A stretch of DNA of 64,000 nucleotides from Methanobacteriota archaeon (GTDB taxonomy: Archaea > Thermoplasmatota > Thermoplasmata > SG8-5 > JAGLSY01), in the NCBI GenBank assembly GCA_020697715.1, contig JAEHCO010000001.1, positions 512,001-576,000 on the forward strand. The letters are read 5' to 3'. Position 1 is the first letter of the stretch. Each line of letters opens with the position of its first letter. The translations under genes were made by a program, and so were the position numbers. The notes beneath the pieces are model-generated. The model worked only from the letters and a program-made list of their open reading frames with translations, was not told where the DNA came from and made no database searches. Of this stretch, positions 47,423-56,604 are shown one piece after another.

Positions 47423-47833
47423 TTAGATGAACAATGTTATGTTCGATTCACTGGCTGCATCCAGATAGGTTCCCACACCGCCGATCTCTGTTACTTCCGG
47501 CCTCAGGCTTTCCTTTGGTGTGTTCATAAGTGCCATGGTCATCTCGCAAGCGACCATCCTGACACCAAGGTCCGCACTGTCCTTTATGAGTTCGTCCAAT
47601 GTCGCAACATTCTGCTTCTTCATTACCTTCTTCATCATTCCAGTGAACATACTGAATTTAGAGAGCTTGGATTTGTCAGCCGCGCCTTTTTTCATGGCCA
47701 TTAAACCCCAGAAAGTGAAGAATATCGTCACGTCCATTCCCTTGGCGGCGGCTCCCGTTGCAAGGATGAAAGCAGCCATTGTCTTATCCAGGTCATTGGC
47801 ATGCATCACGATGGTCATTGATTTTGCAGCCAT
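47423..47833 (-). CDS. DsrE2/DrsE-like protein
   Basis: AFILATGAAAKGMDVTIFFTFWGL...VACEMTMALM...GVGTYL. Confidence 0.88.
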   Translation of the reverse strand: MAAKSMTIVMHANDLDKTMAAFILATGAAAKGMDVTIFFTFWGLMAMKKGAADKSKLSKFSMFTGMMKKVMKKQNVATLDELIKDSADLGVRMVACEMTMALMNTPKESLRPEVTEIGGVGTYLDAASESNITLFI

Positions 47834-47837
47834 GATA

Positions 47838-48062
47838 TCAACTCTTCTGTACCTTTATGATCCACTTACCGCCTGTTTCCTCAACACCCAATACTGCATC
47901 GCCAGTATCTTTCACCGCTTGCTGTATCTCGTCCTTGGAAACTGCATGGTCACCCTCTATGATGAGGATATCTCCTGCTGCAAGTTTTCTCATTGCTTTC
48001 CTTGTCTCTATCAATGGTTTTGGGCAATTGAGCCCGACTGTGGATATTTTTACTTCTGCCAT
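47838..48062 (-). CDS. tusA: TusA/SirA-family sulfurtransferase
   Basis: GLNCPKPL (CPxP) motif; 74 aa. Confidence 0.9.
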   Translation of the reverse strand: MAEVKISTVGLNCPKPLIETRKAMRKLAAGDILIIEGDHAVSKDEIQQAVKDTGDAVLGVEETGGKWIIKVQKS

Positions 48063-48110
48063 AGTTTTTCTCTCCTTTTTTTTAAATTTTAAATTACTTT
48101 TAAATTACTA

Positions 48111-48479
48111 TTAGAATGTCAAACAGAAATCATGTTCTTCCAGCAATCCCAGAACATCATCCCATTCGATCAATTCATGGTCCTCTATTAGGTCTGATTC
48201 TAACAGACCGCGTTCTTTCACTGCAGCTCTATCTGCTTTGATAACTCCTCCCAGCTCGATGAAATCAGCCAGTTCATCCAGATTGCTTGGCAGGCCCAGA
48301 TCGTTCGGGTCCTGTCCCTTCACAAGGATGTAGACACCATCCGATCTCAGGAAAAGTGTACATTCTCCGCCTCTGGCAAGTATTGCGTTTGCCAGCTGGA
48401 CCGCTCCGAACCCATCATCCTGATGTCCATATGTTCCGTGTACGAGTGATATCAATACTTTTTTGTTTAAAGATGCCAT
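48111..48479 (-). CDS. DsrE/DsrF-like protein
   Basis: LFLRSDGVY motif, ERGL...DLI, C-terminal LTF. Confidence 0.78.
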   Translation of the reverse strand: MASLNKKVLISLVHGTYGHQDDGFGAVQLANAILARGGECTLFLRSDGVYILVKGQDPNDLGLPSNLDELADFIELGGVIKADRAAVKERGLLESDLIEDHELIEWDDVLGLLEEHDFCLTF

Positions 48480-48486
48480 GCTTTTC

Positions 48487-48840
48487 TCACCCCGTGAATG
48501 TTATTACTTTGTCAGACTCTGCCAGCATATCCAGGAATCCATACAATCCTGATATCTCCACACCTGGGATGATATCGTCTTCCGTAAGGTCGCGGGCTTC
48601 CGAGCATCTGTGGCAAGCCTTGACCGTGACACCTTTCTTGATCGCCCATCTGAGCCATTCTCCAGCATTGGAGTATTCCTTCTCGGTCTTCACATGCGGG
48701 AGCCAGGCTCCGTCCAGATAAAGGAACATATTGACCTTGTACCCCATCTTCCTGGCTTTCAGAGCCATATTGGCTGCCAGGTCCGCATATTCCGAGATAT
48801 ACGGTCCGCGCAAAAGTAATATCGTCAATGTCTTGCCCAT
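48487..48840 (-). CDS. DsrE/TusD-like protein with active-site Cys
   Basis: TILLLRGPY, MFLYLDG, KACHRCSEAR, SDKVITF. Start probably ATG 48840. Confidence 0.85.
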   Translation of the reverse strand: MGKTLTILLLRGPYISEYADLAANMALKARKMGYKVNMFLYLDGAWLPHVKTEKEYSNAGEWLRWAIKKGVTVKACHRCSEARDLTEDDIIPGVEISGLYGFLDMLAESDKVITFTG

Positions 48841-48863
48841 GTCCTTCTTCTTTTTCTTTGGTC

Positions 48864-48889
48864 TGATGGAAGTTGGTAAACTTCCATCA
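48864..48889. promoter_or_regulatory. Perfect 11-bp intra-operon hairpin
   Basis: tgatggaagtt-ggta-aacttccatca between the first two dsrE-like genes. Confidence 0.55.
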
Positions 48890-48899
48890 CTGCCCGAGT

Positions 48900-49262
48900 T
48901 CAACATATTATCACCTTGTCCCATTCTTCCATCACGCTGTTGACCAGAGCCTTGTAAGTGTCCTCTATGAACTCCGCCCCTTGGATCACCCTGTCTTTGG
49001 GGAACCCAGCTGCTCTGGCGTGTTCATCACTGATGTATAATTTGGCTCCATCATTGACAAGCTGGCCAATGATCTCAGATACATTTCCAGAATCATTCAG
49101 CGCATTCCAAATTCCATCGGATATGAGAAATATTCCAACACTTTTCCCTTTCTTCACAGCTCCCATACCGAAATCCACGGCCTGGCGTGCGCTTCCGGTC
49201 ATGATCGACGTTCTTGCGATTATGATACCAAGACTATCAAATTTATTATCTGGCTCTATCAT
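48900..49262 (-). CDS. DsrE/DsrH-like protein
   Basis: GIFLISDGIW motif; ends WDKVIIC; first gene of the sulfur-relay operon. Confidence 0.75.
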   Translation of the reverse strand: MIEPDNKFDSLGIIIARTSIMTGSARQAVDFGMGAVKKGKSVGIFLISDGIWNALNDSGNVSEIIGQLVNDGAKLYISDEHARAAGFPKDRVIQGAEFIEDTYKALVNSVMEEWDKVIIC

Positions 49263-49494
49263 TCATTATCCTCCATTTAACAGTGTTTAACAATCGTATA
49301 TATAGTTGTGTATTATTTTGACACACTATAAATAATTATGACCTAATTTGAAGTATTAAATGAGACTGAGATCCAACTATATTCATTGTAGTTTTGTGTA
49401 GTTTTGTTACGAATTATTAATTCGTCAGAAGTTGTATTTAATATTTATATAATATAATAGGTATTGGGTCAAACCCAGAAAGGGAGAGGTAAAT

Positions 49495-50496
49495 ATGCTG
49501 GCTTCATGGAATGTCACAAATGAATGCAATCTTCGTTGCGAACACTGTTATAGAGATGCTGGAAATGAATATTCCAATGAGCTTAGCACTCAAGAGGGAA
49601 AGGATCTTCTAAGTGAGATTGCCAAGGCTGGCTTCAAGCTAATGGTCTTCTCGGGTGGTGAGCCTTTTATGAGGAAGGACATACTCGAGCTTACCGAACA
49701 TGCGGTCTCTGTCGGCCTTCGGCCAGTTTATGGATCGAATGGCACATTGCTTACCAAGGAGATGATCAGAAAGATCAAGGCAGCTGGTGGAAGCTCAGTT
49801 GCTATTTCACTTCACATGGTGGATAAGGATAAATTGGACGAGTTCTGCGGTATGCCAGGAACCTATGAGAAATCCATCCAGGCCATGAAGAACTGCAAGG
49901 AAGAAGGCTTTGATTTCCAGGTCAACACGACAGCATTCACCCGCAATATAGACGAGATAGAGAAGCTCTGTGAGCTTGCCAAAGAGATGGGCGCGAAATC
50001 CCATCACGTGCTGTTCCTTGTACCTACTGGCCGAGGCGAGGATATAGAAGAAGAATCCCTCCGTGAGAAAAATTACGAGATCTTGATCCGCAAGCTATTG
50101 GAGAAAAGAGAGGAATTGAATTTCGATATAAAGCCCACCTGCGCTCCCCAGTTCATGAGGATCGCGGCTCAAAAGGATCAGGATATGGGCCGATACACAA
50201 GAGGATGTCTTGCAGGTATGAGCTATTGTTCCATAGTTCCCAATGGCGATGTCTGGCCATGCCCTTATTTGCCAATAAAGGTCGGGAATGTTAGAGATAC
50301 GCCATTCTCCGAGATCTGGAAAACTAGCAAAGTTTTCAATGATATGAGATCCCTAGATTATACTGGCTCATGTGGGATCTGTAAGTATAAAGACATATGC
50401 GGCGGGTGCAGAGCCAGGGCCCACATCTATTACGATGATTACATGGCTCACGAGCCATGGTGCGCTTATGGAAGGGGTTTGGTAAAGAATGAATGA
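49495..50496 (+). CDS. ahbD: Radical SAM/SPASM protein, AhbD (heme synthase)-like
   Basis: SWNVTNECNLRCEHCY, KPTCAPQFMR, RGCLAG, PCPY, CGICKY...CGGCRARA...EPWC; Ahb gene context. Confidence 0.8.
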   Translation: MLASWNVTNECNLRCEHCYRDAGNEYSNELSTQEGKDLLSEIAKAGFKLMVFSGGEPFMRKDILELTEHAVSVGLRPVYGSNGTLLTKEMIRKIKAAGGSSVAISLHMVDKDKLDEFCGMPGTYEKSIQAMKNCKEEGFDFQVNTTAFTRNIDEIEKLCELAKEMGAKSHHVLFLVPTGRGEDIEEESLREKNYEILIRKLLEKREELNFDIKPTCAPQFMRIAAQKDQDMGRYTRGCLAGMSYCSIVPNGDVWPCPYLPIKVGNVRDTPFSEIWKTSKVFNDMRSLDYTGSCGICKYKDICGGCRARAHIYYDDYMAHEPWCAYGRGLVKNE

Positions 50497-50941
50497 GATG
50501 TCCATATTGGAGCAAAAGGTACTGAAGGAACTTCAGAAAGGAATAGAGCCAGTGACGCATCCATATAGGACGATAGCCGAAAAACTCAATTGCACCGAGA
50601 ATGACATAATCAAGATACTGGATGACCTGATGCAAAGAGGACTTGTCAGAAAATATGGAGCCATCATAGCCCCCAAGAAATTAGGCTATGTTTCCACGCT
50701 GGCCGCGATGGAGGTTCCAGAAGCAAAGATCGAAGAAGTTGGCCAGATGGTCAATTCATTCCACGGGGTCACACATAATTACCTTCGCGATGGTGAACCG
50801 AATCTATGGTTCACCATGATCGAGAAGAATGACGCAGCCCTTGATAATAATTTGAGCCAGATCAATGATAGAACAGGATTAGAGGTCATAAAACTACCAG
50901 CCAGAAAGACCTACAAAATAGGTGTTAAATTTGATATCTGA
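50489..50941 (+). CDS. ahbA: Siroheme decarboxylase subunit alpha
   Basis: Lrp/AsnC-like fold; STLAAM, GVTHNYLR, NLWFT. Confidence 0.87.
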   Translation: MNEMSILEQKVLKELQKGIEPVTHPYRTIAEKLNCTENDIIKILDDLMQRGLVRKYGAIIAPKKLGYVSTLAAMEVPEAKIEEVGQMVNSFHGVTHNYLRDGEPNLWFTMIEKNDAALDNNLSQINDRTGLEVIKLPARKTYKIGVKFDI

Positions 50942-51419
50942 TGTGGAGAAAAAAGTATTGTTCGAGGTCCAGGACATGCCCCTGGTTACCGACCCTTTCA
51001 GGATAATATCTGATAAGCTCGGTATGTCGGAAGAAAAGATCCTGGATATATGTGCTGGACTACTTGAAAAAGGCATAATTCGAAGGATAGCACCTTCCAT
51101 CGCCCACAGGAAGGTGGGTTTCTCGGCCAATGCGATGACAGCAGCCAGTGTACTGGATGACAGGATGGACGAGGTAGGAATGGCTGTCGCACAGGAAGAT
51201 GGAGTGACCCATTGCTATTCTCGAGATGGTTGGGATCATAATTTATTCTTCATGGTCCATGGCCAGACCCGGGAAGAAGCGGTATCCAAGGTCTCGGAGA
51301 TAGCCAAAAGGCATGAACTACAAAACTATGATATATTCTTTTCACACACGGAGCTAAAAAAGACCTCCTTCAGGCTGAGGAAGGAAGATCTTATTGACAG
51401 CGAGGAGGCCGGCTTATGA
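50922..51419 (+). CDS. ahbB: Siroheme decarboxylase subunit beta
   Basis: HRKVGFSANAM, VTHCYSR, NLFFMVHG, ELKKTS. Confidence 0.87.
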   Translation: MLNLISDVEKKVLFEVQDMPLVTDPFRIISDKLGMSEEKILDICAGLLEKGIIRRIAPSIAHRKVGFSANAMTAASVLDDRMDEVGMAVAQEDGVTHCYSRDGWDHNLFFMVHGQTREEAVSKVSEIAKRHELQNYDIFFSHTELKKTSFRLRKEDLIDSEEAGL

Positions 51420-52036
51420 AAATGCCCGTTGTACTGAACATGGAAGGGCCAGTCATCATCTTCGGAGGCGGCAATGTGGGTCAGCGCAAGGTGGAATACG
51501 CCTCCATGTTCACCGATGATATAACTCTGATATCCAAGGATGCGCTTCCAATGCCAGATCATGTCACTATTGTAAATATGGAAATAACTGGTGATAATTT
51601 CAAAGACCAGATCCCCGGCAATACGGCATTGGTCATATCTGCCTTTTCCGACAGGGCGCTTAATCGCCAGATAGCGGATTACTGCCTCGAACAAGGCATC
51701 CTGATCAATGTTGTTGACGATCAGGAGCTTTCCAATATATTTTTCACCGGCATTTCCAAAGCTGGAGATGTCACGATATCCATCTCCACTGGTGGTGTAT
51801 CGCCTTTCATGGCTCGCAAGATGAGGGAAGAGTTGGATGATTGGGTGGTCGGCAAGGATATCTGGCTAGAGGTTCTTCACCCACTCAGATGCCATATAGA
51901 TGGAATTGATGAAAAGAATCGCATTTTTGAAGAAATATTTGCAGATGCTCGGCTTGGGGAAATGGTCGAACAGGGTGAGATCGAAGAGGCCAGGAAAAGA
52001 GCGAAGGAGGTGTTCGATGTACATTGCCAGCATTAA
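51416..52036 (+). CDS. sirC: Precorrin-2 dehydrogenase / siroheme synthase N-terminal domain
   Basis: FGGGNVGQRK, INVVDD, ISTGGVSP. Confidence 0.88.
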   Translation: MKMPVVLNMEGPVIIFGGGNVGQRKVEYASMFTDDITLISKDALPMPDHVTIVNMEITGDNFKDQIPGNTALVISAFSDRALNRQIADYCLEQGILINVVDDQELSNIFFTGISKAGDVTISISTGGVSPFMARKMREELDDWVVGKDIWLEVLHPLRCHIDGIDEKNRIFEEIFADARLGEMVEQGEIEEARKRAKEVFDVHCQH

Positions 52037-53375
52037 GGTCACCTTCGAGACCACTGATCAGAAAATACTGGACACACTTCATATTCCCGAATCCAAGCTG
52101 GAAGATTTCTACAAGGAACTTCTTTCAACAGATGGAATATCGGAGGCCGTGGTAGTCCAGACTTGCAATCGCTTTGAAATTTATTATTCAGGAGATGATG
52201 AGGACACGGGAAAGGCCCAGATGAGGAAATTCATGATGGAAAGATATGGAGCCAGCATGTCCGAATATATTATTTCCGAACGCTATCTGGAAACTCTCGA
52301 TCATCTCTTCAGGGTCGTGTCCTCCATCGACAGTCTTATGGTGGGTGAGAATCAGATACTGGCCCAGATGAAGGAAGCACTTGAATATGCTTCCAAAAAT
52401 AATCATACAGGTCGAGTACTGGAACCCATCTTCCAAAGGGCTTTGTATGTTGGCAAGCGCGTGAGGTCTGAGACCGATATTTCCAGAGGAAAGGTATCTA
52501 TCTCATCGGCCGCGGTAGATCTGGCCAATAAGCACAATCCTCTTTCTGGAAAGAATGTGATGATAATCGGTACGGGAAATATGGCCTCCCTGCTAGCGGA
52601 TTATATCTGCCAGTTCCAGCTGAACAGTATTGTCACCGTGGGTCGCACCCCAGAGAATATCCAGAGATTCTGCGATAAATATAAATCCACGCATATGCCA
52701 TTTTCAGATGTCAAGCTGGGCATGGAAAAGGCAGATGTCATCTTCACAGCCACCTCCTGTCCCCATGTGCTCATCACGAAAGAACTGGTGGAATCTGCAG
52801 TGAAGGATAGGACAAAGCCGCTCACACTGATAGACATAGCTATGCCATCGGACATAGACCCTAGAGTGAGGGAATTGGATAATACCCAATATTTTTCAAT
52901 TCAAGACCTAAGGGAGATATCCGAGAAGAACAAACTGGCCAGACAAGAAGAGGTTGTGAGAAGTGAGACAATAATCGAGGAGGAGCTGTCCAGGTTCAAG
53001 ATGAAGTTGGAGAATCTGCATATCGAGACCTTCCTTTCCAGTTTGAACCGATACACGGAAGAGATACGCGCCAGGGAGCTGGAAAAGTCTCTAAGAAGAA
53101 TAGATGATCTTGATCCTAAGACCCAGAAGATCATGGATGATCTTTCACGAAGCCTGATGAAAAAACTGATGCACAATCTATTATTACATATCAAGGATAA
53201 TCCTCAAAGCCAGAATCAGATGGAGAACTTCACCCAGTTGTTCACTGGCAATGGCAATGGCCACCCAGGCGGTCACCCTCCTGCTCAGGAGCATCCGCAT
53301 GCTGGTGGTCACCCATATGCGATGAAGAAACCAACTGGCCATAGCAATGATGATAAAAAACAGGAGGATGAATGA
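52017..53375 (+). CDS. hemA: Glutamyl-tRNA reductase with a His/Pro-rich C-terminal tail
   Basis: TCNRFE, HLFRVVSSIDSLMVGENQIL, GKRVRSET, IGTGNM, DIAMPSD; ATG 52017 after GGAGGTG. Confidence 0.93.
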   Translation: MYIASIKVTFETTDQKILDTLHIPESKLEDFYKELLSTDGISEAVVVQTCNRFEIYYSGDDEDTGKAQMRKFMMERYGASMSEYIISERYLETLDHLFRVVSSIDSLMVGENQILAQMKEALEYASKNNHTGRVLEPIFQRALYVGKRVRSETDISRGKVSISSAAVDLANKHNPLSGKNVMIIGTGNMASLLADYICQFQLNSIVTVGRTPENIQRFCDKYKSTHMPFSDVKLGMEKADVIFTATSCPHVLITKELVESAVKDRTKPLTLIDIAMPSDIDPRVRELDNTQYFSIQDLREISEKNKLARQEEVVRSETIIEEELSRFKMKLENLHIETFLSSLNRYTEEIRARELEKSLRRIDDLDPKTQKIMDDLSRSLMKKLMHNLLLHIKDNPQSQNQMENFTQLFTGNGNGHPGGHPPAQEHPHAGGHPYAMKKPTGHSNDDKKQEDE

Positions 53376-54376
53376 TGTTTCCCAATGTGAGAATGAGAAG
53401 ACTGAGGAACCACCATCTAATGCGGAATATGGTAGCTGAATTTGAATTAAAACCATCCAATCTTATCCTACCAATGTTCGTAAAAGAAGATCTGGCAGAA
53501 GGTGAGAAGAATCCCATAAGTGCCATGCCGGGTGTTTTCCAGCATTCGATAAGCTCCCTGGTGAAAGAGGCCAGGGAAGTTCGCGACCTCGGTATACCCG
53601 CGATAATACTTTTTGGCATTCCAAGCAAAAAGGACCATCATGGTTCGGAAGCTTACAATCCCGAGGGAATAATACCTAGAGCGGTCAGGGCCATCAAGAA
53701 AGAGCTGGGTGATAGTCTTCTCGTGGCTTGCGATGTATGTCTTTGCGAGTACACGGATCATGGCCATTGCGCCCCCATTGAGGGTGATAGGATCCTCAAT
53801 GACGAGGCACTGGACCTTTATTCAAAGGCCGCGTTGGAATATGTGAGAGCCGGAGCTGATATCATTGCTCCGTCCGATATGATGGATGGACGAGTTGCGC
53901 ATATCCGCCAGGCACTGGATCATGACGGTCATAAGGACACGATAATAATGGCATATGCGGTGAAATATGCCTCTTCATTCTACGGGCCATTCAGGGAAGC
54001 GGCAGAGTCTGGCTTTGCAGAAGGACCAAAGGATAGAAAAGCTCACCAGATGGATCCAGCTAATTTGAGCCAAGCCTTCAGAGAAGTTGAACTTGACATT
54101 CTGGAAGGCGCGGACATAGTGATGGTCAAGCCAGCTTTACCATATCTCGATATAATCAAAGGGATCAGCGATACCTTTGATTCACCACTGGCTGCTTATC
54201 AAGTATCTGGAGAATATTCCATGATAATCGCGGCCTCGGAAAATGGCTGGCTGGACAAAGAATCGGCCATGATGGAATCCCTGCTGGCAATAAGGCGAGC
54301 CGGGGCAACTATGATATTGACTTACTTTGCAAAAGAAGCCGCAAAGGTGATCGACCGCAGAGTGGTAAAAAGGTGA
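53372..54376 (+). CDS. hemB: Porphobilinogen synthase (Zn-type)
   Basis: RMRRLR, DVCLCEYTDHGHC, APSDMMDGR, FYGPFREA, MVKPAL, YQVSGEY. Confidence 0.96.
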   Translation: MMFPNVRMRRLRNHHLMRNMVAEFELKPSNLILPMFVKEDLAEGEKNPISAMPGVFQHSISSLVKEAREVRDLGIPAIILFGIPSKKDHHGSEAYNPEGIIPRAVRAIKKELGDSLLVACDVCLCEYTDHGHCAPIEGDRILNDEALDLYSKAALEYVRAGADIIAPSDMMDGRVAHIRQALDHDGHKDTIIMAYAVKYASSFYGPFREAAESGFAEGPKDRKAHQMDPANLSQAFREVELDILEGADIVMVKPALPYLDIIKGISDTFDSPLAAYQVSGEYSMIIAASENGWLDKESAMMESLLAIRRAGATMILTYFAKEAAKVIDRRVVKR

Positions 54377-54380
54377 TAAT

Positions 54381-55652
54381 ATGAAAAATCAGGAATTGTT
54401 CGAAGCTTCAAAAGAAGTGCTGGTCGGCGGCGTGAACAGCCCGGTCAGAGCCATATCCCCGTATCCTTTCTTCGTGGAGAGGAGCGAGGGAGCTAGACTG
54501 TATGATGCAGAAGGACAGTCGTATATCGACTACTGCCTGGCCTTCGGGCCGATGATACTGGGCCATAATAACCCTATTATCAGAAAGGCAGTGGAGGAAA
54601 GACTGGCCAACGGTTGGTGTTTTGGTACACCGACCGAGGCAGAACTGGAATATGCCAAGTTGATAACATCCACAGTTCCCAATGTGGATAAAATAAGATG
54701 TATGAACACAGGTACCGAGGCCACGATGACGGCCATTCGCCTTGCCAGGGGATTCACTGGACGCGACAAGATAATCAAGATAGAAGGCGCTTTTCACGGA
54801 GCACACGACGCGGTGCTTGTCAAGGCTGGCTCAGGAGCACTGACGCACAGTGTGCCCAATTCAAAAGGCATACCAGCGGATGTGACAAAGAATACAATTC
54901 TAATTCCATACAATGATCTGGATGCCATCGAGACCGCCCTCAAGGAGAATGAAGGCGAAATAGCGGCCATGATCACCGAGCCAGCTATCGGAAATGCTGG
55001 CTGTATACTTCCAAAGGATAATTACCTGGCAGATGCTAAGAAGATACTTGCGGAGCACGATTCACTTCTGATACTGGACGAGGTCATAACCGGCTTCAGG
55101 CTGGGACAGGGCGGAGCTCAGGAATACTTCGGCGTGGATGCGGATATCGTCACAATGGGCAAGATAATCAGTGGGGGCTTCCACATGGGTATGATGGGAG
55201 CCAGGCATGAGATAATGGACAATATCACTCCATCTGGTCAAGTCTACAATGCCGGAACCTTCAATGGCCACCCGGTATCGATAGCCGCTGGCATCGCGAC
55301 ACTTAAGACCATCAAGAACACGGATGCTCTCAGCAAGATAGCGGATGCTGGCAACAAGGTGCAAAATGGTCTTAAAGACATTTTGTCCGATATCGGCCTC
55401 GATTACCAGGTGCAGGGCATCGGTCCTATGTTCCAGGTCTTCTTCAATGACAAGCCAGTCACCAATCTGGACGAGGCGAAATTATCGGATGATAAGAAAT
55501 TCCTGGACTACTGTGCTAAATTGAGAGAGTTGGGAGTCTTCCTGCCACCATCACAGTTCGAGTGCTGCTTTACATCGATCGCGCATGACCAGCAGGTTAT
55601 CGACACCTCTCTGGAGGCTTTCGAAACAGCCTTGAAACACACTCATGTGTGA
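54381..55652 (+). CDS. hemL: Glutamate-1-semialdehyde 2,1-aminomutase
   Basis: GGVNSPVRA, GTEATM, FHGAHD, DEVITGFR, GKIISGG, GTFNG. Confidence 0.95.
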   Translation: MKNQELFEASKEVLVGGVNSPVRAISPYPFFVERSEGARLYDAEGQSYIDYCLAFGPMILGHNNPIIRKAVEERLANGWCFGTPTEAELEYAKLITSTVPNVDKIRCMNTGTEATMTAIRLARGFTGRDKIIKIEGAFHGAHDAVLVKAGSGALTHSVPNSKGIPADVTKNTILIPYNDLDAIETALKENEGEIAAMITEPAIGNAGCILPKDNYLADAKKILAEHDSLLILDEVITGFRLGQGGAQEYFGVDADIVTMGKIISGGFHMGMMGARHEIMDNITPSGQVYNAGTFNGHPVSIAAGIATLKTIKNTDALSKIADAGNKVQNGLKDILSDIGLDYQVQGIGPMFQVFFNDKPVTNLDEAKLSDDKKFLDYCAKLRELGVFLPPSQFECCFTSIAHDQQVIDTSLEAFETALKHTHV

Positions 55653-55689
55653 TCGTGTATGTATGATAACACATGAATGGGAGAATCAA

Positions 55690-56604
55690 ATGAGACAATT
55701 AATTGCCGGAAGCCGCGGGTCGAAACTCGCACTGACCCAGACCGAGGGCATTATCAGAGACTTGGGTCTGGATATACCCATCAAGGTCATCAAGACCCGT
55801 GGTGATAATATCCAGGACGTGGCACTGGCCAAGCTGGAAGGTAAGGCTTTCTTCACAAAGGAGATCGACGACGCCCTCTTAGCTGGTGAGATAGACCTGG
55901 CAGTACATTCTTACAAGGACATTCCAACGGACCTGCCAGATGGCATTACCATTGCCGCGGTACCAATTCGTGAGCCCTCCAATGACGCCATAGTGGGTGC
56001 CAAGAGCATTGAGGATCTTCCACTCAATGCCAATATAGGGACATCAAGCTTACGCAGGCAGGCTCTGGCCAGGCACTTGAGACCCGATCTAAAAATGCTC
56101 GATCTCAGGGGCAATATCGACACCCGTATGCGCAAGCAGGCTGAAGGCCAGTACGACGCCATAATCGTGGCCGAAGCCGGCTTGAGAAGAATGGGCTATC
56201 CATCTGAAGAATACAAGCCACTGGATGGCGACACCTTCATACCAGCTCCGGGGCAAGGCGCTCTGGGGATCACGGCCAGAGCGGATGATACCGAAGTTTT
56301 AGAATTATTGAAAAAGCTCGAGCATGCCTCAACAAGAATGGCATGCGATATCGAGCGAAGTTTCCTGACAGCGTTGGACGGTGGCTGCCAGGTACCAGCT
56401 GGCATTTATACGGAAATAGATGCGGATGGAAAATTGGTCGAGATAAAGGGATTCATTTCATCCGCTGATGGAAAACGATTCCTTTCCGAGACAAGGATCG
56501 GAAAGCTCTCGGACGGCATAGAATTAGCGACTGGTCTCGCGGACAATCTCTTGAGGTCCGGGGGCGACGTTCTGCTGGAAGAACTCAGAAAAGGAGGGAA
56601 TTGA
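55690..56604 (+). CDS. hemC: Hydroxymethylbilane synthase (porphobilinogen deaminase)
   Basis: GSRGSKLALTQ, FTKEID, AVHSYKD, GTSSLRR, LRGNIDTR, GGCQVP. Confidence 0.95.
   Translation: MRQLIAGSRGSKLALTQTEGIIRDLGLDIPIKVIKTRGDNIQDVALAKLEGKAFFTKEIDDALLAGEIDLAVHSYKDIPTDLPDGITIAAVPIREPSNDAIVGAKSIEDLPLNANIGTSSLRRQALARHLRPDLKMLDLRGNIDTRMRKQAEGQYDAIIVAEAGLRRMGYPSEEYKPLDGDTFIPAPGQGALGITARADDTEVLELLKKLEHASTRMACDIERSFLTALDGGCQVPAGIYTEIDADGKLVEIKGFISSADGKRFLSETRIGKLSDGIELATGLADNLLRSGGDVLLEELRKGGN

Noticed and set aside
48864-48902. Cys-TGA followed by a hairpin as possible selenocysteine readthrough
   Set aside because: The TGA falls at the normal DsrE C-terminus, and the hairpin lacks the archaeal SECIS GAA/A internal loop.
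51900-52016. Longer hemA start in the ORF track
   Set aside because: It overlaps sirC; a strong GGAGGTG SD supports ATG 52017.
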